Notes under the pieces: generated by a model
Database searches by the model: none
Told to the model about the DNA's origin: nothing
The model's input: only the letters and a program-made list of their open reading frames with translations
Shown here: one piece after another, positions 13,101-25,800 of the stretch
Layout: every line of letters begins with the position of its first letter
Numbering within the stretch: the stretch's first letter is position 1
DNA from: Eledone cirrhosa
Taxonomy: Eukaryota
Reading direction: 5' to 3'
Length of the DNA stretch: 64,000 nucleotides
Assembly: GCA_964016885.1 (NCBI GenBank)
Contig: OZ024747.1
Coordinates: 22,444,001-22,508,000 of the forward strand
Translations under genes and position numbers: made by a program

Positions 13101-16100
13101 TAGCAGATATCAAAGGAAATTAGGATGGAGGAATCTTGAAAAAGAATTATTTTAGAGCATGGCATAAAATGCCATTGTATTTATTTTAGCTTTTTATATT
13201 CTGAATTCAAATCCTACCAAAGTTGAAAAAATACAATACAAGTCATACCCCTTCCCCTAAATTTGCTAACCTTGTATCTAAATTAGAAATCAATATTTTG
13301 ATTTACTTCAATAATGTGATGGATGTTCAAATTAGTAGTCTTGTATTTTGGGTTGTGTCCTGTTACATTCTGATTTCAAATTCTACTGGAATTGACTGTT
13401 TTTCATTCGTCTAAGGTTGATGAAATAAGTACCTGCTATGTGCTAATGCTAAAATTCCTTATAAAATTGATTTCAATGGTTAGATGTTCAAAGTGTAAAA
13501 TATGACAAGTTTATTCTTGAAAAATATTATTGCTTCCATAGATTATATCAATTAATTCATGCAGGCTGTCTGGATGAACAATAACTTATTGACATGACTG
13601 AAGCAATATCAAATGTAGATCAAACAGTATGAGGATTGAGCCATCACTTGAAAAACACCATTTCAACTACCTTCAGACTTACTCACATTCAAACTGTAAC
13701 ACCTGGCTCAATATGGGACCTTTACATCAGCTGGTGCCTTTCTTAATGATGAGTGCACACTCACTCTCAAACAGCAGTACCTAGCTAATGCAGGAGTCTC
13801 CATGTTGACTGACATTTTTCTCAATGATGAGTGCACACACATTGGAGTTACTCTGTATCTTGGTCATAGTATGTGTGAGCTACATAAATGCCACTGTGGA
13901 ATTACTGTTGATGAGTCCAGCCTTCACCTGTCTCCTGTCATCACAGTGCAGAGTGTTTCCTTCATCATGCTGCACTGAATAATGTCATTAAAAGGATGTT
14001 TGGTGGTATTTAGACTACCAATTCATAGATGGTATGTGTTTAGACAGAATATTCTACATACCTATCATGAATAGATAGCAGATCAATGGTTCTTGAGATA
14101 AACATCTCACCTCTCCTAAGAGAGACTTGTCATTGATTCATTCGTGGCCAAGAAATTGGAGGCTGTTTGAGCAAATCGAATATTATTATTATTCGATATA
14201 AAACTCATGAATGCATTGACTTATATATATTTTGTTTTTTTCTAGGGAAAGAAAACTGCTGAAGATGAACTACAATTTCATGGTAAATTAATATTTTAAT
14301 TTCTGCAATAATACAGTTATGCTGTTGGAAATTACTCAAATTACAATTTGATGTTTGTCATTTTTTTATTTATATTTTTTTTATTCATTTCTTCATATCT
14401 GTATTAATATTTCATTTGTTTATTAAAAATATATTACTCACTGCTAAATATGATATTAAAAGTTCCAAATTTTAAACCCAGTTTATGTTGTTTTGTAATG
14501 GATGGTGTTCTGTTGGTAATGCATGTAAAAAGAGAAATACTAAGAAAACATAAATACTAACCATGCATAGTAATCAATGTATTTGTGTTTGTATATGTAG
14601 TAATAAAAGTGCACAAACAATTCAGAAAACCAAAACAGGGTTTATCAAATAACAATAAGCAGAGCTACATAATAAAATATCCATTTTTTTTTTATTAATC
14701 ATAGATAAGATTATCTTCACATAATGATTTAGAAAAAAACCTATCATACATATTTATTCCAATATTAATTACAGAGAAAATAAATGAATCTGATGTATAC
14801 ATGTTTATATGTAATGTGAAAGTATGTGGGACCAAATTATAAATACCTTGTTAGAGCATAATTATTTGTGTCAATGACATACCAATTTTAGCATCTGAAA
14901 TAATATATTTGACACAAGGAATATAGGTGGGAAGAACCAATAAAGAGAAAGACAGGGCAGATTTGTTGATGCATGAAACCACTTTCTTTGTGTCCAAAGG
15001 CAGAGTGAGTCCACTCTACATATATATCATCATGATTTAGTGCTTGATTTTCCATTTGAGAGTTTGATAAGTTTCATGGTGTTTTGTCACTCATCATAGA
15101 CTGTCATCTAGTAGATATAGCAACAGTGAAAGCTGCCTTCTCTTGCTGTTGAGTATGTCTTACACTCTGAACTAGGAACATTTTATGTATCCTACCATCA
15201 GAATTAGTGAAGTTATTCTCTATGACTGAACTAAAGAATTCCCTCCTCTCTGTGTGTCAATTTTAATCAGGTAGCCTGCAATATATATTACAGAGTCCAT
15301 ATCTCATGCCATTTTTAGCATGGTTTCTTTGACTGGCTACTCTTTCTATTAATTTATGTGTGTGTATGTGTACACTTGTTTATATCATCATCATCATCAT
15401 TTAATGTCCATCTTCCCTGCTAGCAAGGGTTCGACAAGTCTTCACAGACCAAGTCAGTACCTAAGTTGAGCTAGATTACAATTCTGGATCACAACTTTGA
15501 AATATTACAGATATTTTTTATCAACTTAGAGAAGTGGCAGACAAAATTAGTCTGTATGATTTTAATCCAGTAATATAATTTATTATTTTTTCTTAATACC
15601 ATTCTATGCTGAACTGCACGTTAGACCATCTTTGGATGGTTTCAGTAATGTATCAGTTTTGCTTTGAGAAGAAATTGCTTGCCTTCTGGAAGGGATGCTA
15701 ACATGTCTCCCACGACCCTTCTCAAGGCCTAACATATCTAATTCCAAAAGAACAAGAAAAATTGACCCCATTACTTGATTGATACTTTATTGACGTCAAA
15801 AAGATGAAAGGCAAACTTAACCTGCAGAATTTGAATTCACAGGTATTCTATCCAATTCTCTTATGACTCTGATGCCTCTGAGTAATGTAATGTAATATAG
15901 TTAGCTATTGTCTGCATCATATTGACATAATACAGTATCTTTACAGTTCTCTTTCTCTCTCTTTTTCTGTGTTTTTCTGTCTGTCTTTCTTTTTTTTTTC
16001 TTTTTCTGTCTGTCTCTCTCTTCCCTCTTTTTCTCTTGCATCTGTCTCTCTATTTCTCTCTCTCACTCACACACATACATATTTGGCTAGGTGCATTTTA

Positions 16101-19100
16101 TTGTGGCACAAACACTACCGCATCACAAAGTGGGCTCAGTGCATTTATCATGGCACCAGCACTACCACTTTATATATTTAGGAACTCCTATGATAATTGA
16201 ACCTAGAAAAATTACTCGAGAAAAGGATGTTTAAATTCTAAGGAATATTCTTACTTGTAAGTAACTTTGCTTCATTAGCTTATCGAATTCATCTCAAATA
16301 GAAAACAATGACAATGAAATGTGTGCATCCCAATGCAAATGACCCTAAATATAGTTGATCACTTCAAAAAATAGTTGAATAAATCAAGAGAGATAAATAA
16401 TGGTACAGAGCTGCATCTCTGATTCAAATAACCATAATAATAGTTGATCACTTAAAATAATAGTTGAGAAAATCATGTAAAGTACCCCTGGTGATAGAAA
16501 AGAGGGAACAGAGGTACCTGTGAAGAATTTAACACTTTGTGAGTGCATTAACCCATTAGCATTTAAACCGGCCATATCTGCCCACAATTTTCTCACTTCC
16601 TGTTCAAACCAGCCACTCATACTAATGTTAAAGTATTGTTCTCAAAATAAATAATATCAAAATCTCATAGATTGGATATTATGTGAGGTAAAGTGTTTAC
16701 CTTGAAAATACAATAGTATCTATAAAGTAATGTAAATGCTAAAGGGTTAACCACTATGCTAAAGAGAAAATCAAGTAAACTACACTAAAGAACAGTTCTT
16801 TAGCTTACTTTACTTGATTTTCTTAATTATTATTTATAGTGATCAACTATTATTATAGTCATTTCCATTGAGATGAACACATTTCAAATTTTCCCAACTA
16901 CTTTGTTTAAAACAATATAAACTGATTTACCATAATATTTTTTCAGATGTTTACTATTTAGTTTAATCTAACCAAATCAATTGTAAAATTATTTTTACTC
17001 TTCAGTAGAAGTAGATTGATCTATACCAATCATGATTTTCCTATACTGTCTGCTTCTTTTTATAGCTTGCCTATTCTTCTATCAATTTCCGCAATTGCCT
17101 TTCACTTTTTTTTTTTCATTCTTTTTCCTTTTTTTTTTCTTCTTACTCTTTACATTTGAAAATCCACTTGCTTTACATATTGTAGAATTTTATTCATGTA
17201 TAGCTTATTTTTCGATGCATCATGTGGAAGTAATATTTCCTATATATGATATACCATTTTCAGATATTGATCACAGTCTGTCAGGATCAGGAAAAGATGA
17301 CATAGATATGGAGAAAGCACAGACACACACATTTTCTAACTTTCCTCATTCTGCAGAATCTGATGAAGAAGAAGGAGATAAAACTGAGGTGTATAATTTA
17401 TTTATAACCAAGCAACTAAAACAGTTAAAAAGCAATTCTAACCAAAGACTTTATATCAATTAACTTATATATTACAAAAATTATTATTTTTAGCATCCTT
17501 ATATTAATTTCTCAGACTTACACAAGGCCACATAGTTTGTTTTTTTTTAATGTTAAAATGTGGAAAGATATGTGTATATGTGTACATGTGTGTCTTTCAA
17601 TACTTAAGTTTTGATTTATTTAACTTGTAACATCTTGTACCACATGAAACTGCATTAGCAAGGCATTCTTGAAAAATACAAAACAGCACTATGACTGCAT
17701 CACATTAAAAATTGAAGTCTTTAGTGATTGCAACCACTTTATAGGGGGAAGATGGGGAATATCTGCCAGGAATGCATGTGTGTGGAGGGGTGGGGGTGAA
17801 ATAGTGAAGTTGAGAACAGCTGTTAGGGTGTGCTAGTGGAAGGGGGAGGGGAGATCATATGTGTATATATATTGATTGATCTGAATCAACAAGATCTCAA
17901 ATCTCATTCACCGAGTGGGGTGAAACTTGTCAGATTAGACCAGGGAAGCAATGTTTCCATTGGTTTGTCCAATTGCTAATACTATCCACTGGTTGCAACT
18001 CCTGGCAGGAGCATCATGAAATAAAAATGTCTTGCTCAAGGACGCAACGCATTAGCCAGTCCGGGAATTGAACTCACAACCTCACGTTTCTTCTGAATTC
18101 GCCTTTCTAACTCCTCAGCCATGTTTATATATATATGTATATATAATGTAACATACCAGGTGGACCATAATGCACCAGAGTACTCGATACTTAGGGTAGT
18201 AGAGTGGGTAATAGGAAAAGAGTGAGGACCTCGATGGCTGAGCTCTGGCCGTTTTGACAGCTAGATCCGAAAGCTGTCAAAACGTCCAGAGCTCAGCTGT
18301 CGGGATCCTCACTCTTTTCTTGTATATATATATATATATATATATTGTTATACTTTGGGAGGGTCATGTTGCCAATAATATTACGTGAGCGCTGCATGAG
18401 CCTACGCAAGCCATTAGCAGATTTTTCTCCCAGTTGCTGGGCCTCCATTCTATTTTGCTTCTTGCTATACTGTTCTATAATATTTCTAAGTTTAGATCTA
18501 GCTATATTAAATTGTGCTTCTGTTTGTTCATATATATACACACACACACACACACACGTGTGTATTATATATATATTTGCAACTGGTAGATATGTATATA
18601 TACAAACATATATGTATATATATATCATCATCATCACCATTTTAAATCTATTTTCCATGCTTGCATGAATAAGACAGATTGCCATGATCTGAGGCTAGAT
18701 TGGCAGATCAGATGACTGTGTCTTGCTCATATGTAACATTTTGGCATGGTTTCTACAGCTGAATGTCTTTCCTAATGCCAACCACTTCACAGGGTGGACT
18801 GAGTTCGTTATCTAGTAGCATCCTCACTTCCACTTTCCAGGATGGGCTGAGTACTGGGCTGAATCAATACAACTAGGGTGTTTGTATTCTTGGCTAGGAT
18901 AGGAGAACAGTGATAAAGACAGTGAGAGGACAGCGGAGGTGCTTGAGTGTGAGTTTTAGGCTACCTGTTATTAGTCAATGGAAGAAGAAGTGGCCTTAAG
19001 GGAAGTGACGTATGACCAATTGTGGAAGGTGTGCCTGACTTTCCATGCTGGAATTGTTGAGCAAGGTGAGGGGGAATAAATTTGACAGTGCAAGTTGTGG

Positions 19101-19761
19101 GGAAGGGGCAAAGGAAGAGTAAGTGTTGGGTTGAAGGGTGGTCATGATGAGGGGAAGAGAAAGAGTGAGCGTCTGGCAGTACAGTGAAGGTGCATCTGCC
19201 ATTGGGTAGGAGTCATGGATGTGAATGGGAGGAGACTAAGTGGGGTGCAAAGAAGATCAAGTGAGTGAAGATGTAGGTGAAATTAACAGTGAGGAAAGGG
19301 TGATGGACGTGGCAGCTTCAGTGTCATTATATATATATATATATGTGTGTGAACTGGCAGTGCTTTGTGTGTATATATAATCACATGGTAGGGATAATTC
19401 CATACATTTCAAATCCATTAGTCTGATGAGCTATTGATTCCTGTGTTGGGACCAATTGTGGCCGACCCAACCTTCAGCTGATCAATTACAAAACGCACGT
19501 CACAAGTAAATGAAATATATATATGTGATACTAAATGTATGCTTCATTCCATTTACTTATAAAATTTTATATATATATATATATAAAGATTAGCAAGAAT
19601 TTAAATTAAATCATTTAATTGATTGATGACCATTTCGTTAAAATAACCAGAATATTCCATTTCTGTTCTAATAAGCTCATCTTGCTGTGGACTATAAAAT
19701 CACATTCAGCTTTAAAATGGTCTTTGCCTTTATATGGGTGTACTATCAACTCATCTAAACT

Positions 19762-19826
<65 letters not shown>

Positions 19827-22800
19827 GAAGGCGTGTGGCTGAGGTTGTGAGTTCGATTCCTGGACCGGGCGATGTGTTATGTCCTTGAGCAAGACACTTT
19901 ATTTCACGTTGCTCCTTCTACCTGGAGTTGCGACCGATAGATAGTATTAGCAACTGGAAAGACCAACGGAAACATTGTTACCTCGGTCCAATTTGACGAA
20001 AGTCGATTGATATATATATTTATGTGTGTGTGTGTATATAATATGTATATATCCCTATTTGTATTCTCTTAGGAATATCTAAAATAATATTTTGTTTTAA
20101 AATACTTTTAGCTGCTGAAAGAAGAAAAGCGACTTTATCCATTTTGGAAATTTGATTACTATCAGCAGTTTTTTGATGTGGATTCAAACCAAGTGTTTTG
20201 GCGAATCATGGGATCTATGACACCAAACCCAAGAAGAAATTTTTTAAAATCCCAGATTCGACCAAACCCAGATTTGTATGGTATGTTAAGTCTTTTACTC
20301 TCAAATCTATTCTCAATTTTGAAAATTTGAAGAATTTAATGAGATAGTTAATTTTTACATTATTAAGCTGATGTTTTAGCCTATTCACTACCACCTCCCA
20401 TCCACCCCCACCCCCATCCACCGCTAAGTCTCTGTTTAACTCTTTCTTTACCATATTTTTAATGAAAGACACAGCCTATGATTTTGAAAATAATCAAAAA
20501 TTTAGAAATGTATCTTTCTCATTATTAAGGGGGGTTTTGAGACATAACAAAGGTTCATCATCATCATTTTACGTCCGCTTTTCCCTGCTTGACAGGAACT
20601 GATTCTGGCTTGATTTCTACAGCTGGATGCCCTTCCTAACACCAACCTCATTTACAGTGAGTGCTAGGTGCTTTTTTTCCGTGGCGCCTACACGTCCACT
20701 TTACAGGGAGTGCTGGGGGCTTTTTTGCCGTGGCACCTCCACGACCACTTTGCAGTGGAATGATAGGGACTCCAGTTCCTATCATCCCATTTCTACAGCT
20801 GAGTAAGCTGGAGCAATGTGAAATAAAGTGTCTTGCTCAAGGAAACAACACATCACCCGGTCTGAGAATTGAACTCACAACCTTTCGATTGCAAGGCCAA
20901 TGCTCTAACCACTAAGCCATGTGCCTCCATAAAATTATGATAGGAAGATTTTGGATAAATAGGAACACTTTAAAATATACATCTGTGTACCACAGAACCA
21001 GGGGTGGTTTTCAGGTACCAAAAGGGTTAAAATTCTACTGCTTTTCCAGTTGAGCAGCCTCTCTTCTACTGGTACCACAATAACTCACAACATTTTTCAA
21101 GTTGTGGGTTGGTTGGCTTAACACACTGCTCAGTTAACAACCACCTGGTCCTTCATTCTGTAGCAAGTATTCAGAACTCCAAATTCCTTCTTTGCCCACA
21201 TTTTTCTAGTATCATTGAACTGCAGACATATTCTAGCTGGGACATTACCCACATCAATGTAAAACCATCCTGGAAGGGCATACAAAGATCCAAATATATT
21301 TTTAAATATCTGTTTTCTCTGCTAACAACTGTGAGAAAGATGGTCACGGACCATGTAAGTACTTAACCAGAGCTACTGACTTCTCAGGCGAGCTGAGGGC
21401 CCACTTCTCTTGATTGAACAACTGGAACACTCATTGTCAAAACTATCAGAGGTTTATTCCATTAAATATATTATTAGTCATAGGTGGATGTGGGTAAATC
21501 TTAAATGATTGAGTAGTTAAGTCGTTCTAAGATCTCACAGCAACAGTTAGACTATGCTTTCTTGATGAGGCCTAATAAGACTGAAACATCTGTTATCACC
21601 TTGTTAAAGATCAGACTCGCTTTGTACATTCAATTTTCATTTAAATTCTGGGGTTATCTCCCCTATCTTTTTTAACTTTAATTAGTCAATTAAATAATGT
21701 TTTCTTTTGTTTTTCTTCTCACCACTAAGAGTGTAATTTTAATTAAAATTTCGTTACATTCAGTGTTTGTACTCTTTTACTATTAATTTTTGATGCAGCA
21801 GGCATCCCTGTGTATTATATATCCACCCACCTTTTAAGATATTATATTACTTTCTCATAGATTGTGTTCAAATTGCTGTATGCATTTCATAGTATTTTTT
21901 AATAGAATACTTTATTCTACATTGCCTCAGTTCACCTAGCTGTCAGGAGAAATGGAAAAAAAATCATTTGTTATTGTTACTTGTGAAAATTGTATTATAT
22001 CTAGAGAGAGAGAGAGCTATAGATCAACATATATCTCATCAACAATATTGCATCTAATCCCAGTCTACTTGATTGTAAATATATATCATGAGGAGGTTCA
22101 TGATACTGCTAAAAGTGTGCTAAGCATTTTAAAACTGACAAAAATTTCAATGGCTTAGGCAAGATCTATGAATAGACAGACATACTTTCAAAAGCAGGTG
22201 ATCATCATCATCATCATCATCACCGTTTTACGTCCGTTCTTCCACACTAGCATGGGTTAGACGGGTTGTCCTGTTGTGGGCAGTGTCTGGTCGGCTGACC
22301 ATGCCTTGCTCATACAGGAACTGATTTGGCTTGGTTTCTACAGCTGGATGCCCTTCCTAACACCAACCTCATTTACAGTGAGTGCTGGGTACTTTTTTCG
22401 TGGCGCCTACACGTCCACTTTACAGTGTGGGCTGGGTGCTTTTTTCCGTGGCACCTCCACGACCACCTTGCGGTGGGGGGTGTGGGGGCATATTGTCTAT
22501 ATGCTTCAGCTTGTACCCATGGGAGGTCGGGTACTCTGTATTACTGCGTGACGCCAGAAGTCACGGTCATGTGTCATTGTCTTTGAGAGGTGTAATTGGG
22601 TAAGGTCGGCTTTTATCACCTCATCCCAGGTCATCTTGGGTCTCCCCACTCCGCGGTTTCCATCAACTTCTAGTGCTCTGCACCTTTTTATGCAGCTATC
22701 ATCCTTCATACGCATCACATGTCCATACCAGCGCAACCGCCTCTCCTGCACACAGCATTTGATTCCTCTTATGCTCAGTCTCTCTCTCAATTCATTTATG

Positions 22801-25800
22801 CTTTGTCGTTCACGTATATTATTGTTACACATCCATCGGAGCATGCAGGCTTCGTTTCTCTCTAATCTACGTAAGTCTTCCACCTTCAGCGCCCAGGTCT
22901 CGCTACCATGCAACATCGCTGTTCGGATACACGCATCATACAGTCTGCCTTTCATTCTGAGGGAGAAGCCTTTTGCAGCTAGCAGTGGTAGTAGTTCCCT
23001 AAACTTCTTCCATCCCGTTCTTACCCTAGTTATTGCACTTTCTGAACACCCACCTCCGTTGCTAATTCGGTCACCTAGGTAGCAGAAGCTGTCAACTGTT
23101 TCTACAGGGCCCTCCCAGAGATTGGTGGTACTTGTTTCCTGTGGCTGTTTTCTGTTTGCTGTCTCAGCACAGCTGCTGCATGTGAATCCTACATTCTTAA
23201 TTAAGCTTCCTGAGATCCCGCTACATCTCTTGTGTACCCATTGTTTGCATTTGGGGCAGAGAATGGAGTTCCTACCTACACCTTTCCTACATACTGAGCA
23301 AGGCCATTTCCCTGAGGGGATCTGGGTTCTGTTTTCTCGTCTACTTACAAGGACCTTAGTCTTTGTCATGTTGACTTTGAGACCCTTTCTTTCTAGTCCC
23401 TGCTTCCAGGTTTGGAATTTATTCTCTAGATGTGCATTGGAATTTACTGCAGAGGATTCTGTTCAAATTAGGCAATCCCTTCTCCCCAAATAGCCAAGAT
23501 CTACATCTGCCTTATGAAATACCAGATATTCTTCATTTTACCTGTATGTTGATTGATTATAATCTGTTTTGTTTTTCTACCTCTTTACAGGTCCATTTTG
23601 GATATGTACAACTTTAGTATTCACCACTGCAATTGCTGGTAATCTTGCTAATTACTTTCAATCAAAAGGACAAAATTACCATTGGCAATATGATTTCCAC
23701 AAAGGTATTTCAGTTACTTGTTTTCAGGTCTAAATAGTGTTGTTGTTCTTTTTAATATACTCTGAACTTTCTAATATCTTAATTAAAAATATTTGTTTGG
23801 CATTCTCTGTCAGTGATATACACAAAGACTGGGCAATAGATGTTTCATCCCTTCCACAGCCACTGATGTATACAAAGGCTGAGTAATAAGTATTTCATTC
23901 TTTTCCTAACAAACTTTAATATATTAACCCTTTTGATACCAAACTGCCTGAGACTGCCCTGGATTTATGATTCAAAACTGCTCATTTTAAAATGTTTATA
24001 TTTATATGATTTTATTTGAGATATTTTTAAATGATGTTCTAAATATTAGTTTACTAATGGCATTAAATGCTGTAATGGTATTTTATCTGACCTACTACCG
24101 ATTTTACCAATAAGATATTAACATGGAAATATTTCTGCTGAAAACAAGTTCAAAAGAAAATAATGTTTCTTTTTATTATTTCCTATTTCAGTGACTTTTG
24201 CTGCAACTGCAATATTTAGTTATTGGTGGATCATCCCAACATTGTTGTTTGGATTATTGTGGTGGAGAGGAAGTAGTGTTGGCTATAGCTTCTTGGAAAT
24301 GATCAGTGTTTATGGTTATTCATTGGCTATCTACATACCGATTTCTGTAAGTTACATAAAAGATACCATTACAACAAATTTCATAATTATATGTTCGTAC
24401 ATATCACCATCATCAACATCATTCTATGTCCTTTTTCCTGGCAAAGGTCAGATGGGTCGTTACATTCTGAGATTTCATAGGTCAGATGTGTGTATCTGGT
24501 TTAGAATATCTTTGTGTGTTGTAAGAAGCAACTAAAAAGGCTGATATCAGTAAGGACATTCACCTGTAAAACATTGCCTCAAAATGATGAGTATGAACAC
24601 TCTCATGGGGCCTGCAAACTAACTTCTGCTTTGGCAGAGAAAATGGCCTTAAAAAGCTTGTTTTTGTTTATATATAGTAAGGAAATTTGAAAGATATATA
24701 TATATATATATATGGATAAATTGTTGAATGTGGAGAACAAATGGGATGGCAACATAGAAAGCTATCCAGTTCTCAGACTGGTAGAGTAGAAAACTGAAGA
24801 ATTTGAGAAAGATGAAGAGTGGAAAGGCAGGAAGATTTACAGTAGTTGTGGGAGATATACTAAAGGCAACATTCCTCTGTACAAAGGGAAAAGCAATCCT
24901 CTAGATTTTTTCTTGTATAGAGCAATTAAACTATTGGAACATGGAGGGAGGGAATTGGAAAAAGTATTAAAGAAGAGGATAAGGGGAAAAAATGAAGACT
25001 GATGAAATGTGGTTTGTTTGTGCTGGAACAAGAATGACTGGTGCAATTTTTATTGTGGAGTAATTATAGAAGTATAGAGACAAGAGAAAAGGGGGGGGGG
25101 GGGGGGCTGTTAATCTGGAGAAAACTTTTAATAGGATTCAGGATTCCCCATGAAGTAGTGACCATGAATACTGAGAAAGTTAGATGTGGAGAAATGGTTG
25201 GTTAGAGTAGTGGTTATGGCTGGAATGCCTTTCATCATGAGTATGCTGAGTCCTGGGCCAGACTAAATCTTTTTGAGGTCCTAGCTACTTAAAAGGTTAT
25301 GCTGCCCTCTTATATAAAGTCTGCATTTTTTTTAATGACATACAATTAATCTGAATAATATGATGCCCCTCTTTCCTTGATTTCCTTAGCATATGTTAAT
25401 CCAGCCCTGGCTGAGTCAGCATTAAGATGGGGTAAATGACAACTTATTCTGTTGCCTATTGATGTTTGCTTCAACTTCAACTTCAACTTTTGTCGTGGAG
25501 CAGAAAAATAGGTGCTTTACTTTTACTGTAGTTTACAGAACTGAATGTCATCTAGCTGAGGTTTTACAACATTAAGTTAGCAGCAACAATCTTTACAATA
25601 GAAATTGTTTCATTTGCTATTTGGTACATAAAGTTGTCACAACTGAATAATAAATGTCAGTCAGAAAAAATATTACCAAATATATTTGCTTTTATTGTAA
25701 AAAGCTGTCACAATTCATATAATGACTATAAATTAGGCAAATAAGCTAGGTTAATTATCCATGAACATGGAAATAAGGTGAGCAGAGAGACCTGTGGAAA

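Noticed and set aside
20661-20915. Recurrent small ORF family (also 39823-40029, 55844-56083) that looks like paralogous genes
   Set aside because: Antisense reading of family B SINE copies.
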